Positions 37,623-44,728 of a stretch of DNA of 64,000 nucleotides are shown here, piece by piece. Source of the stretch: Bryobacteraceae bacterium. GTDB lineage: Bacteria; Acidobacteriota; Terriglobia; Bryobacterales; Bryobacteraceae. Made by a program: the position numbers and the translations under genes. The stretch covers positions 159,494 through 223,493 of the forward strand of contig DATEFW010000043.1 of NCBI GenBank assembly GCA_035280425.1, written 5' to 3'. The stretch's first letter is position 1. Each line of letters starts with the position of its first letter. A model generated the notes under the pieces. The model was given only the letters and a program-made list of their open reading frames with translations, did no database searches and was not told the origin of the DNA.

Positions 37623-38495
37623 ATGGCCCAACCCCCTCCGGTTCAGCCGCGCGCTCCCAGTCCCAAACCGGACTTTGCAACCATCGGAGGCCTGACACTG
37701 GCGGTGGGCGGTATTTTAGGCGGCCTGCTGCTGGAAGGCGGAAAAATCAAGGACGTCGCCCAGATCACCGCTGCGCTGATCGTATTCGGCGGAACGTTGG
37801 GCGCGGTGCTGGTGACCACGCCTCTGGCGGTACTGAAGCGGGCCGCGCGCAAACTGCACCTGGTCTTCTTCGAGACCGTGGTATCGCCCGATCAGGCGAT
37901 CGAGGAGATCATCCGTTTCGCCACCAAGGCCCGGCGGCACGGCATCGTATCGCTCGAGCAGGATGCGGATGCGGTCGCCGATGATTTCCTCCGCAAATCC
38001 TTAAACCTGGCGGTCGATGGCACCGATCTGGAAGCCATTCGCAGAATGATGGAGCTCGAAATCAGCCTGGAAGAGCATCACGGCGAGGCGGAGGCCAGAG
38101 TTTTCGAAGCCGCCGGCGGCTATTCGCCGACGGTGGGCATCATCGGCGCCGTTCTCGGGCTGATCCAGGTCATGAAGCACCTGGAAAATATCGAGGAGGT
38201 CGGCCGGGGAATCGCCGTGGCCTTTGTGGCGACCGTCTACGGGGTGGCTGCGGCCAACCTGTTCTTTTTGCCTGCGGCGAATAAGCTGCGCGCCCGTCTC
38301 AACCGGGCCGTACAGAATCGCGAGCTGATGCTGGAAGGGGTGGTGGCCATCGTCGAAGGGCTGAATCCCAAGCTGATTCGCATTAAGCTCGAAGCCTACG
38401 CCCGCGAAGCCGCAGCGCCGGCTCCCGCCAACCGGCGGGTCCGGCCGGAAGATCGGGAGACGCTAGCCACGGGCGCAGAGACCACGGGTTTGTGA
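37623..38495 (+). CDS. motA: Flagellar stator protein MotA
   Basis: Four-TM MotA/TolQ/ExbB layout. C-terminal ...VAFVATVYGVAAANLFFLPAANKL. Its stop overlaps the motB start. Confidence 0.9.
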   Translation: MAQPPPVQPRAPSPKPDFATIGGLTLAVGGILGGLLLEGGKIKDVAQITAALIVFGGTLGAVLVTTPLAVLKRAARKLHLVFFETVVSPDQAIEEIIRFATKARRHGIVSLEQDADAVADDFLRKSLNLAVDGTDLEAIRRMMELEISLEEHHGEAEARVFEAAGGYSPTVGIIGAVLGLIQVMKHLENIEEVGRGIAVAFVATVYGVAAANLFFLPAANKLRARLNRAVQNRELMLEGVVAIVEGLNPKLIRIKLEAYAREAAAPAPANRRVRPEDRETLATGAETTGL

Positions 38496-39325
38496 TGCGA
38501 AAACGCAAGCGGCACGCGGCGCATGAAAACCACGAGCGATGGCTGGTCTCTTACGCCGACTTTATCACCCTGATGTTCGCGTTTTTCGTGGTGATGTTCG
38601 CCTCGGCGCAGGCGGATAAGGGCCGGTTCAAGCAAATCTCGGAGTCGGTCACCCGGGCCCTCGAAAACGGGACCGGAGCCGGGGTGAAACAGGTCGTCGC
38701 TGAAATTCTCGGCGGGACCCCGGCGGATCGCGGAAAAGGGAGCGCGGCGATGAAAGGGCCGGGCGGGAAGGCGCCGGAAGCCAAACCGCCGGCCCCTCCA
38801 AAATCCGCGGATTTGCGCGCCTCGCTCGTGTATCTGAACGCGCAGCTGAAAAACGAAATTGAAAGCGGCAAGATGCGTGTCAGCCTGGAACCGCGCGGGC
38901 TGGTGGTCAGCTTGCGCCAGGCGGCGTTTTTTCCATCCGGGGAAGACACAGTCGATCCGGCCACCTATCCCAGCCTGGAGAAGGTCGCGACCGCCATCGC
39001 CAAGCTGCCGAATCAGGTGCGCCTGGAAGGACACACAGACGCGGTCCCCATCCATACCGCGCGGTTTCGCAGCAACTGGAACCTTTCGGCGGCTCGGGCC
39101 ATCGCCGTTCTCGAGTTACTGAATGAGCGCTTTGGTTTGCCGCGGGAGCGGCTGGCCATCGCGGGGTACGCCGAGACGGCGCCGGTGGCTCCCAACGATT
39201 CCGAAGACGGCCGCGCGCGCAACCGGAGGGTGGATATCGTGGTTCTGAACGAGCAGCAACTCGTGAACGAGCCGGTCCCGACTTCCCAACCAGGCGCTTT
39301 GAAGGGTGCTCATGCCGGCTTGTGA
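38492..39325 (+). CDS. motB: Flagellar stator protein MotB (OmpA-like C-terminal domain)
   Basis: ERWLVSYADFITLMFAFFVVMFA contains the conserved Asp-containing TM plug region. C-terminal OmpA-type NWNLSAARA...RNRRVDIVV. Confidence 0.9.
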   Translation: MMRKRKRHAAHENHERWLVSYADFITLMFAFFVVMFASAQADKGRFKQISESVTRALENGTGAGVKQVVAEILGGTPADRGKGSAAMKGPGGKAPEAKPPAPPKSADLRASLVYLNAQLKNEIESGKMRVSLEPRGLVVSLRQAAFFPSGEDTVDPATYPSLEKVATAIAKLPNQVRLEGHTDAVPIHTARFRSNWNLSAARAIAVLELLNERFGLPRERLAIAGYAETAPVAPNDSEDGRARNRRVDIVVLNEQQLVNEPVPTSQPGALKGAHAGL

Positions 39326-39779
39326 GACGAAATATTTTGGTTCGCTCCGTTACGAACCGGGGACGGCGGTCGAATTCACCAGCGGCCTGCCGGGATTCGA
39401 GGCCCGCCGCCGGTTTCTGCTGATCGAAGATCAGGCCCGCCGGCCCGTGGTATTTCTCCAGAGCCTCGAGGATCCGCACCTGTGCTTTCTGACTTTGCCG
39501 GTCCTGGCGATCGATCCGGGGTATCAGTTAAAGATCCCGGCGGAGGATCTGCGGGCGCTTGGCCTGGAAACCGCGGCCCAGCCGGCGCCCGGCCAATCGC
39601 CGCTGATCTGTCTGGCCATCGTCTCGGTCGAGCCGGACGGCACATCGACCGCCAACCTGCTCGCTCCGGTGGTCATTCGCAGGGACAACGGGCGGGCGGT
39701 GCAGGCGGTGCGGGATGACGCGGTGTATAACTGCCGGCATGTGCTGTTCGCGCCGTCCGCGGAGTCGCCATGCTTGTGA
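39312..39779 (+). CDS. fliW: Flagellar assembly factor FliW
   Basis: ...TKYFGSLRYEPGTAVEFTSGLPGFEARRRFLLIE...FLQSLEDPHLCFLTLP...NLLAPVVI matches the FliW family pattern. Both ATG 39312 and the track GTG 39306 are possible starts. Confidence 0.9.
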   Translation: MPACETKYFGSLRYEPGTAVEFTSGLPGFEARRRFLLIEDQARRPVVFLQSLEDPHLCFLTLPVLAIDPGYQLKIPAEDLRALGLETAAQPAPGQSPLICLAIVSVEPDGTSTANLLAPVVIRRDNGRAVQAVRDDAVYNCRHVLFAPSAESPCL

Positions 39780-39997
39780 TCAGCCGGCGGGCGGGCGAAT
39801 CGATCCTGATCGCGGACGGGATCGAAATCGAAATTCTGGAAACCGGCCACAGCCGGGTGAAACTGGGGATCCGGGCGCCAAAGGAGATTGCGGTCGTGCG
39901 CAAAGAGGTGGAATTGACCCGCCGGGAGAACCGGGCGGCCAGCCGCTCCATTCCGCCCGAGGTGCTGTCGTCGGTGCTCGAAAAACTGCAGCGCTGA
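39770..39997 (+). CDS. csrA: Carbon storage regulator CsrA (FliW-partnered type with C-terminal extension)
   Basis: MLVISRRAGESILIADGIEIEILETGHSRVKLGIRAPKEIAVVRKEV. 75 aa. It overlaps fliW by 10 nt. Confidence 0.92.
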   Translation: MLVISRRAGESILIADGIEIEILETGHSRVKLGIRAPKEIAVVRKEVELTRRENRAASRSIPPEVLSSVLEKLQR

Positions 39998-40012
39998 AGC
40001 CTTTACATTCCC

Positions 40013-40039
40013 TCAAATCTCGATCTTGGCCGCCGATAA
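40013..40039 (+). promoter_or_regulatory. Sigma-28-type promoter upstream of the flagellin gene
   Basis: TCAAATCT (40013..40020), 11-nt spacer, then GCCGATAA (40032..40039). Compare the enterobacterial consensus TAAAGTTT-N11-GCCGATAA. Confidence 0.7.
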
Positions 40040-40078
40040 GCCAGTTGTAAGCAAGCCTCAGGCGGGCAGGCTCCGCCG

Positions 40079-40120
40079 GCCGGGAATGGAATTTCCGGCA
40101 AAGGGCGGCTTCAAGGAGAG
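40079..40120 (+). promoter_or_regulatory. Predicted CsrA-binding sites in the flagellin 5' UTR (GGA-loop hairpin + GGA in the Shine-Dalgarno)
   Basis: Hairpin 40079..40099, GCCGGGAA-UGGAA-UUUCCGGC, has an 8-bp stem with GGA in a 5-nt loop. The second GGA lies in AAGGAGAG (40113..40120), 7 nt before ATG 40128. Confidence 0.55.
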
Positions 40121-40127
40121 AAGCAAA

Positions 40128-42605
40128 ATGGCTTTTGACATTAACACTAATATCGCGTCGCTGCAGGCGCAGCAGTACCTGCGCGTCAACAGCGACTTTC
40201 AAGCGAAGACCATCAACCGCGTAACTTCCGGCCTGCGCATCATCAGTTCGGGCGACGACGCGGCGGGTCTGGCTATCGCCAACGGTTACCGATCCGATCA
40301 GGCCGTGCTGACGCAAGGTATTCGCAACGCAAACGACGGTTTGTCCAACCTGCAGACCATCGACGGCGGCATGAACAACATATCCATGCTGCTCGATCGC
40401 GCCCGCACCCTGGCCACGCAGTCGGCCTCGGGCACATTCAACGGCAACCGGTCCCTGTTGAACTCAGAGTTCACCAGTGTGCTGGCGGAAATCGACCGGC
40501 AGGCGCAGTCCATCGGTTTGAACCAGGGCGGCACTTTCGCCAAGAATCTTTCGGTGTTCATCGGCGGCGGCCGGGGCACCAGCGCCACCGACACCAACAC
40601 CTTGGACGTCATCAACAACGGGTCGGTCGCAGTCGATCTGAGCAAATCCACCGTAGACTCCAAGAGCCTGGGCATGGCAGGTTTACAGGCGCTGGGGAAC
40701 GGAAGCCCGGACACCGGCGAAACCCGTGTGGTAGACCTCGGAACCGGTTCGGCGAAAACCAGCGTGGCCCAGATTCTGGCCGACGCAACCAACACCGGCA
40801 CCGAAGCGCAGACGGGCTACACTAACTTCTATTTCACCGGCCCGGGCTTCTCCGATGGAGTGGGTGCGACTGGAAATCCGGTCAAGGTAGCAGTCAACCT
40901 GACGGGCGTAACCGATACGGCAACCCTGGCCACCGCTATCAACACGGCCATCCAGAATGCCGGTAACAGCGCCAATCAGCAGGCCACCGCTTTCAAGAAC
41001 GCCAATATCACGGCTACGGTCGTGACCAACAGCTCCGGGCAGCAGCAGCTCGGTTTTAATTCCTCGAACTCCGTGTTCCAGGTACAGGCCGGCGATCGAG
41101 TGGCCAATGCGTTCCTCGGCAACTTCACCAGCGCGAGCCCCAGTAATGCCGACGGCCAGTCTGCCTATTCCGTCGTCACCGGAGCAGCGAACATGAGCGC
41201 CGTCGGAGGTGCCAGCGAAGCGGTCAAACTGCGCTTTATCGGCGCTGGATTGACCAACGGGTACTACGATTTGTCGGTGACGCTCAACGCCCTCGACACC
41301 GGTACGCAACAGGCTACCGACATCAATACCGCGATTGCGGCCGATAGTACCCTGAAGACCCTCGGCATCACGGCTACGGGCGCCAATGGCTCTGCGATCT
41401 CGTTCCAAGCCCCGGCGGGAACGAGTCTCGAAGTCCAGGCGACGGGCGACACGGCCAACAACCTCGGGCTGGGCGCTTATCTTCCGGATGTTGGCGGGAA
41501 CTTCAACTACACCACCATCGCCGCTACCTCCGCCGTCATTGCCACAGCCGCCGACACACAGCACCTCATCTTTGCGATCGGGAACACCACCGTGGACCTG
41601 GGCGCGGTCGTAGTAGGCGCCAGCGAGGCCGTGGCTCTCCAAAACATTAACAACGCCATTGCCACAGCTGCCACCGGCAACAGCGCATCGGCCAAAGCCC
41701 TACGCGCGGCCGATATTTCAGCCTCGGACAGCGGCGGCAAAGTCGCGTTGACATCGGCCAGCGGCACCAACTTCCGCCTGAGCATAGGGACCGGGTCAGC
41801 GGCCAACGTTTTCGGCTTTGCCACCAGCAACGCCAGTGACCTCTCCGGCCTTGCGGCAGCCAGCAAGTACACCGACCAAATCAGTGCTAACTCGGGCGGT
41901 GCGCAAGAGAGCGTGAACTCCTCATCGAACGCCGATGTGTTCACGTTCAAAGGCCTCCGGGTAGCAGGCGACACGCAGACCATTACCCTCACGGCGGTCG
42001 ATACTTCCGGATCGGAGCACACCCTGAACGTCGGCCTGACCACCGCCAACGCCTACAGCCTGGATCAGGCGCTGAGCACCATCAACCTGGCCTTGCAGCA
42101 GTCCAATGACGCCACGCTCAAGAGTATGTACGCGGTGAAGGAACAGAACCTGGGCGACACCGCCGAGGGCGTACGTTTCCTGAGCCCGGTGGCCTTCAAG
42201 GTCAGCTTGGGAGCCACGCCGCTGGGCAACGGGGTGTCGGATAATACCGGCGCTCAGGGTGGCCCGGTGTTTAGTTCGGCAACGCTGGCTGGTGGCAGCA
42301 CCGCCGCTATCGATACGCAGGCCGGCGCCTCGAGCGCCGTCACCGCCCTGTCGAACGCGGTGGCTGCGCTCGGCTCGGCACAAGCCGTGGTCGGCAAGGG
42401 TGAAAACGACTTCAACTACGCCATCAACCTGGCGCAGTCGCAGTTGACCAACCTGGCGGCCGCCGAATCGCGCATCCGCGACGCCGATCTGGCTGCCGAA
42501 GCCGCCAACCTGACCAAGGCCCAGATCCTGATGCAGGCCGGCACCGCCGCGCTCGCTCAGGCCAACTCGGCCCCGCAGGCTGTGCTGGCTCTGCTCCGCG
42601 GGTAA
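40128..42605 (+). CDS. fliC: Flagellin, unusually large (825 aa)
   Basis: N-terminus MAFDINTNIASLQAQQYLRVN...GLRIISSGDDAAGLAIANGYRSD...NANDGLSNLQTIDGG. C-terminus ...ESRIRDADLAAEAANLTKAQILMQAGTAALAQANSAPQAVLALLRG. There is a strong SD. The track ORF (40026) is an upstream extension. Confidence 0.92.
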   Translation: MAFDINTNIASLQAQQYLRVNSDFQAKTINRVTSGLRIISSGDDAAGLAIANGYRSDQAVLTQGIRNANDGLSNLQTIDGGMNNISMLLDRARTLATQSASGTFNGNRSLLNSEFTSVLAEIDRQAQSIGLNQGGTFAKNLSVFIGGGRGTSATDTNTLDVINNGSVAVDLSKSTVDSKSLGMAGLQALGNGSPDTGETRVVDLGTGSAKTSVAQILADATNTGTEAQTGYTNFYFTGPGFSDGVGATGNPVKVAVNLTGVTDTATLATAINTAIQNAGNSANQQATAFKNANITATVVTNSSGQQQLGFNSSNSVFQVQAGDRVANAFLGNFTSASPSNADGQSAYSVVTGAANMSAVGGASEAVKLRFIGAGLTNGYYDLSVTLNALDTGTQQATDINTAIAADSTLKTLGITATGANGSAISFQAPAGTSLEVQATGDTANNLGLGAYLPDVGGNFNYTTIAATSAVIATAADTQHLIFAIGNTTVDLGAVVVGASEAVALQNINNAIATAATGNSASAKALRAADISASDSGGKVALTSASGTNFRLSIGTGSAANVFGFATSNASDLSGLAAASKYTDQISANSGGAQESVNSSSNADVFTFKGLRVAGDTQTITLTAVDTSGSEHTLNVGLTTANAYSLDQALSTINLALQQSNDATLKSMYAVKEQNLGDTAEGVRFLSPVAFKVSLGATPLGNGVSDNTGAQGGPVFSSATLAGGSTAAIDTQAGASSAVTALSNAVAALGSAQAVVGKGENDFNYAINLAQSQLTNLAAAESRIRDADLAAEAANLTKAQILMQAGTAALAQANSAPQAVLALLRG

Positions 42606-42634
42606 TTCCCGCTAGCAGCAGTTGGCATTACTTG

Positions 42635-42683
42635 ACCGCGGTTGCCGGTCCCCAATCAGGGCCGGTGGCCGCGGTTTTTTTTT
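42635..42683 (+). terminator. Strong rho-independent terminator after the flagellin gene
   Basis: 17-bp stem (42635..42651 pairs with 42659..42675, several G.U pairs), 7-nt loop, then a T9 run (42675..42683). Folded by hand. Confidence 0.85.
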
Positions 42684-42737
42684 ACCGATCTCGCGGACGG
42701 CTGCGGCGGAGTTCCCGCGGGGACCCGTTGCGCGGCT

Positions 42738-43103
42738 CTATCCGCGGCAATCGATACTGTTGAGTTTTTGGGGAACCGAGCGCTTGAGGCCGCGGAGGAT
42801 TTGCAGGCCGCGAGTGACCTCGGCGAGCGCCAGGCGCGCGGCGTCCCGATCGAGAGCCAGGCGGACCTGGATGTCGGACGCGCGTTCCAGGTCTCGCGCC
42901 AGCCGCGCCAAAAACTCCTGGCTGAGCGGCCGCGAGGCTTTCTGCTCGCCTTCGATCCAGCGGGCGAGCGCGGCGGCCGCGTGCGCGCGTTCCCGCAGCG
43001 CGCGATCGGCCTGTCCGGTGGGATCGCGAAACAGCCCGGCAAGGCGGGCGGTGGCCTGTTCGAGAGCCTCCAGTGGCTCCCGGCACTCGCGTGGCAGGGT
43101 CAA
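42738..43103 (-). CDS. Hypothetical all-helical 121-aa protein in the fliS/fliT position (possible flagellar export chaperone; family not recognised)
   Basis: TTG start 4 nt after the fliD stop, with GGGAGG 9 nt upstream. High third-position GC in this frame only. Ala/Leu/Arg/Glu-rich: ...LEALEQATARLAGLF...LARWIEGEQ...FLARLARDLERASDIQVRLALDRDAARLALAEV.... I see no FliS signature. Confidence 0.5.
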   Translation of the reverse strand: MTLPRECREPLEALEQATARLAGLFRDPTGQADRALRERAHAAAALARWIEGEQKASRPLSQEFLARLARDLERASDIQVRLALDRDAARLALAEVTRGLQILRGLKRSVPQKLNSIDCRG

Positions 43104-43109
43104 GAGCCT

Positions 43110-44534
43110 TTAACCTCCCGAGCTCGAGCCGGGGTTGAACAAAGAGGTGTTGGTGTTCTGATACCCGTAGGAGGTGAAGTTCAAAGATTGCACCATGGAG
43201 GTCAGCGTCTGCTGCTGTGACTGCAGGGAGGCCAGCTGGGTGTCGGCCGCCTGGAGCTTGGCTTGCAGCGTGGTTTGCATCTGGTTGGCATGGGCGATCA
43301 GGGTATTGATCTGGTCGGTCAGGCTCGAGTCGGTGGCGTCGTACTGGTTCTGCTGCGCTTTGATGGCCCCGGTAATCGGATCGCTGAACGCGGTCAGGGT
43401 GGCCGCCAGCGAGGCAAAGTTGTTCTGGCCGGAGTTCAGGAACGAGAAGGCCGCCGCGATCTGGGAGCTCGAGAGATCGTTGAATGCCGGAACCTGAGGA
43501 TCGGTCGAGGTCTGGTTGAAAGTCATTTTGCCGGTGGAATCGAGCGAGATCCCCAGGGCCGCCAGGCTGGTGACCGCCCCGGCGCCCGTGCCGGTATAGT
43601 TCACCAGACCGTGCAGCGCGTTCTGAATGGCGTAGATCAAATGATTTCCGCTGAGCATCCCCGCGGCCGGCCCAATCTGTGCATCCAGCTGCGCGACGAC
43701 CGCGTTGTACTTGTCGGCGAAGTCCTGTAAAGCGCTGGCGAGCGGCGAGGAATTCGAAGAAGCCGATATGGTCACGGTCTGGTTGTTCGCGGTTTCCCCC
43801 ACCAGGGTGAAGCTCATTCCCGGGATTACCGCCTGGATCTTGTTGGTCGGACTGACGACATGGGCTCCGTTGATGTAGAAGTCGGCATTCGCGCCCGGGT
43901 TGGTGTTGGTCATCAGGTTGACCGCCCCGTCCATCAGCTGGATTTCGTTCTGCCCGGTTGCGACCGCTGAAATGGACAGATAATCCGGCGTCGCTCCCGT
44001 CCCGGTGGTGAGGATGGCGGCGGTCACGCCGGAATTGGGTATGGCGTTGATGGCATCGCGCAACGCGGTGAGATTGTTGTGAGGCGCATCCATGGTGATG
44101 GGATCACCCACCGCCTGGCCGCCGACCATCAGCTGCACGGAGCCCGAACTGGCGACCGGCGCCGTGGTTCCATCCGCATACCCGCTGAGCGTGGTCTCCG
44201 AGGCGGCCTGCGCCAGCGAGCTGATATCCGTTATGGCATAGCTCACCGGCGCGGTCGCCGCCGTGCTGTTGACGATCACCTTGGTTGTGTCGGAGCTCGA
44301 GCCCGTTATACCCTGATTCGCGGCGACCGTTCCCAGATTGGTCACACTGGCCGCCAGGTCCGACACCACGCTGGAGAGATTGACGGTTAACTGCTTTTCC
44401 TGCAGAATATCGGACTGCCGGTTCTGCAGCGCCGTGATGGGAAGCCGGGCTATGGCGACCGCGCGGTTCAGAATGGTTTGAAAATCGTTGGAAAAATTGC
44501 TGACACCGGTGAAAACAAGAGGACTAAGACCCAC
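43110..44534 (-). CDS. fliD: Flagellar filament cap protein FliD (hook-associated protein 2)
   Basis: GTG start. ...FTGVSNFSNDFQTILNRAVAIARLPITALQNRQSDILQEKQ... N-terminal and ...LQAKLQAADTQLASLQSQQQTLTSMVQSLNF C-terminal coiled-coil regions are typical of FliD. Confidence 0.88.
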   Translation of the reverse strand: MGLSPLVFTGVSNFSNDFQTILNRAVAIARLPITALQNRQSDILQEKQLTVNLSSVVSDLAASVTNLGTVAANQGITGSSSDTTKVIVNSTAATAPVSYAITDISSLAQAASETTLSGYADGTTAPVASSGSVQLMVGGQAVGDPITMDAPHNNLTALRDAINAIPNSGVTAAILTTGTGATPDYLSISAVATGQNEIQLMDGAVNLMTNTNPGANADFYINGAHVVSPTNKIQAVIPGMSFTLVGETANNQTVTISASSNSSPLASALQDFADKYNAVVAQLDAQIGPAAGMLSGNHLIYAIQNALHGLVNYTGTGAGAVTSLAALGISLDSTGKMTFNQTSTDPQVPAFNDLSSSQIAAAFSFLNSGQNNFASLAATLTAFSDPITGAIKAQQNQYDATDSSLTDQINTLIAHANQMQTTLQAKLQAADTQLASLQSQQQTLTSMVQSLNFTSYGYQNTNTSLFNPGSSSGG

Positions 44535-44553
44535 GGTAGGCTCCTCGAGGGAC

Positions 44554-44581
44554 TTATCGGCTGGACCGTGCGGTTAGTTTA
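44554..44581 (-). promoter_or_regulatory. Sigma-28-type promoter upstream of fliD
   Basis: The minus strand reads TAAA (44581..44578), 16-nt spacer, then GCCGATAA (44561..44554). It sits 20 nt upstream of the fliD GTG. Confidence 0.7.
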
Positions 44582-44618
44582 GGCCGGGCGCGGATCTGTG
44601 GCTGTTCCGGCAGGAGCA

Positions 44619-44636
44619 CCCTAATGCCCATTAGGG
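44619..44636. repeat. Inverted repeat CCCTAATG-CC-CATTAGGG upstream of the TPR-glycosyltransferase gene
   Basis: Read directly. It is followed by GTTTTCTGCCGATCA, which matches the flbD promoter segment GTTTTCTGCCGATAA at 14 of 15 positions. Confidence 0.6.
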
Positions 44637-44728
44637 TTTTCTGCCGATCAACAGGCGTGGACAAGAAACGCCGTTACCACGGCCGACCGGCCGGCAGTGT
44701 TGCGACAACCCCGGCGGCCCTGGCCTGG

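Noticed and set aside
40683-42049. Minus-strand ORFs of 319 aa and 180 aa inside the flagellin gene.
   Set aside because: They run antisense to a gene with unmistakable flagellin termini, and their composition is Arg/Gly-rich junk.
42622-43220. Several overlapping ORFs (163, 192, 128 and 134 aa) in four frames around the fliD 3' flank.
   Set aside because: Only the 121-aa minus frame (42738..43103) has protein-like composition, high GC3, and an SD plus start coupled to fliD. The others are Arg/Pro/Ser-rich artefacts.
44624-44728. Upstream ATG (44624) as the start of the TPR-glycosyltransferase (MPIRVFCRSTGVDKKRRYHGRP...).
   Set aside because: The ATG lies inside the CCCTAATG-CC-CATTAGGG palindrome and upstream of the sigma-28-like -10 element. 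The 35 extra residues are basic junk. ATG 44729 begins the TPR region.
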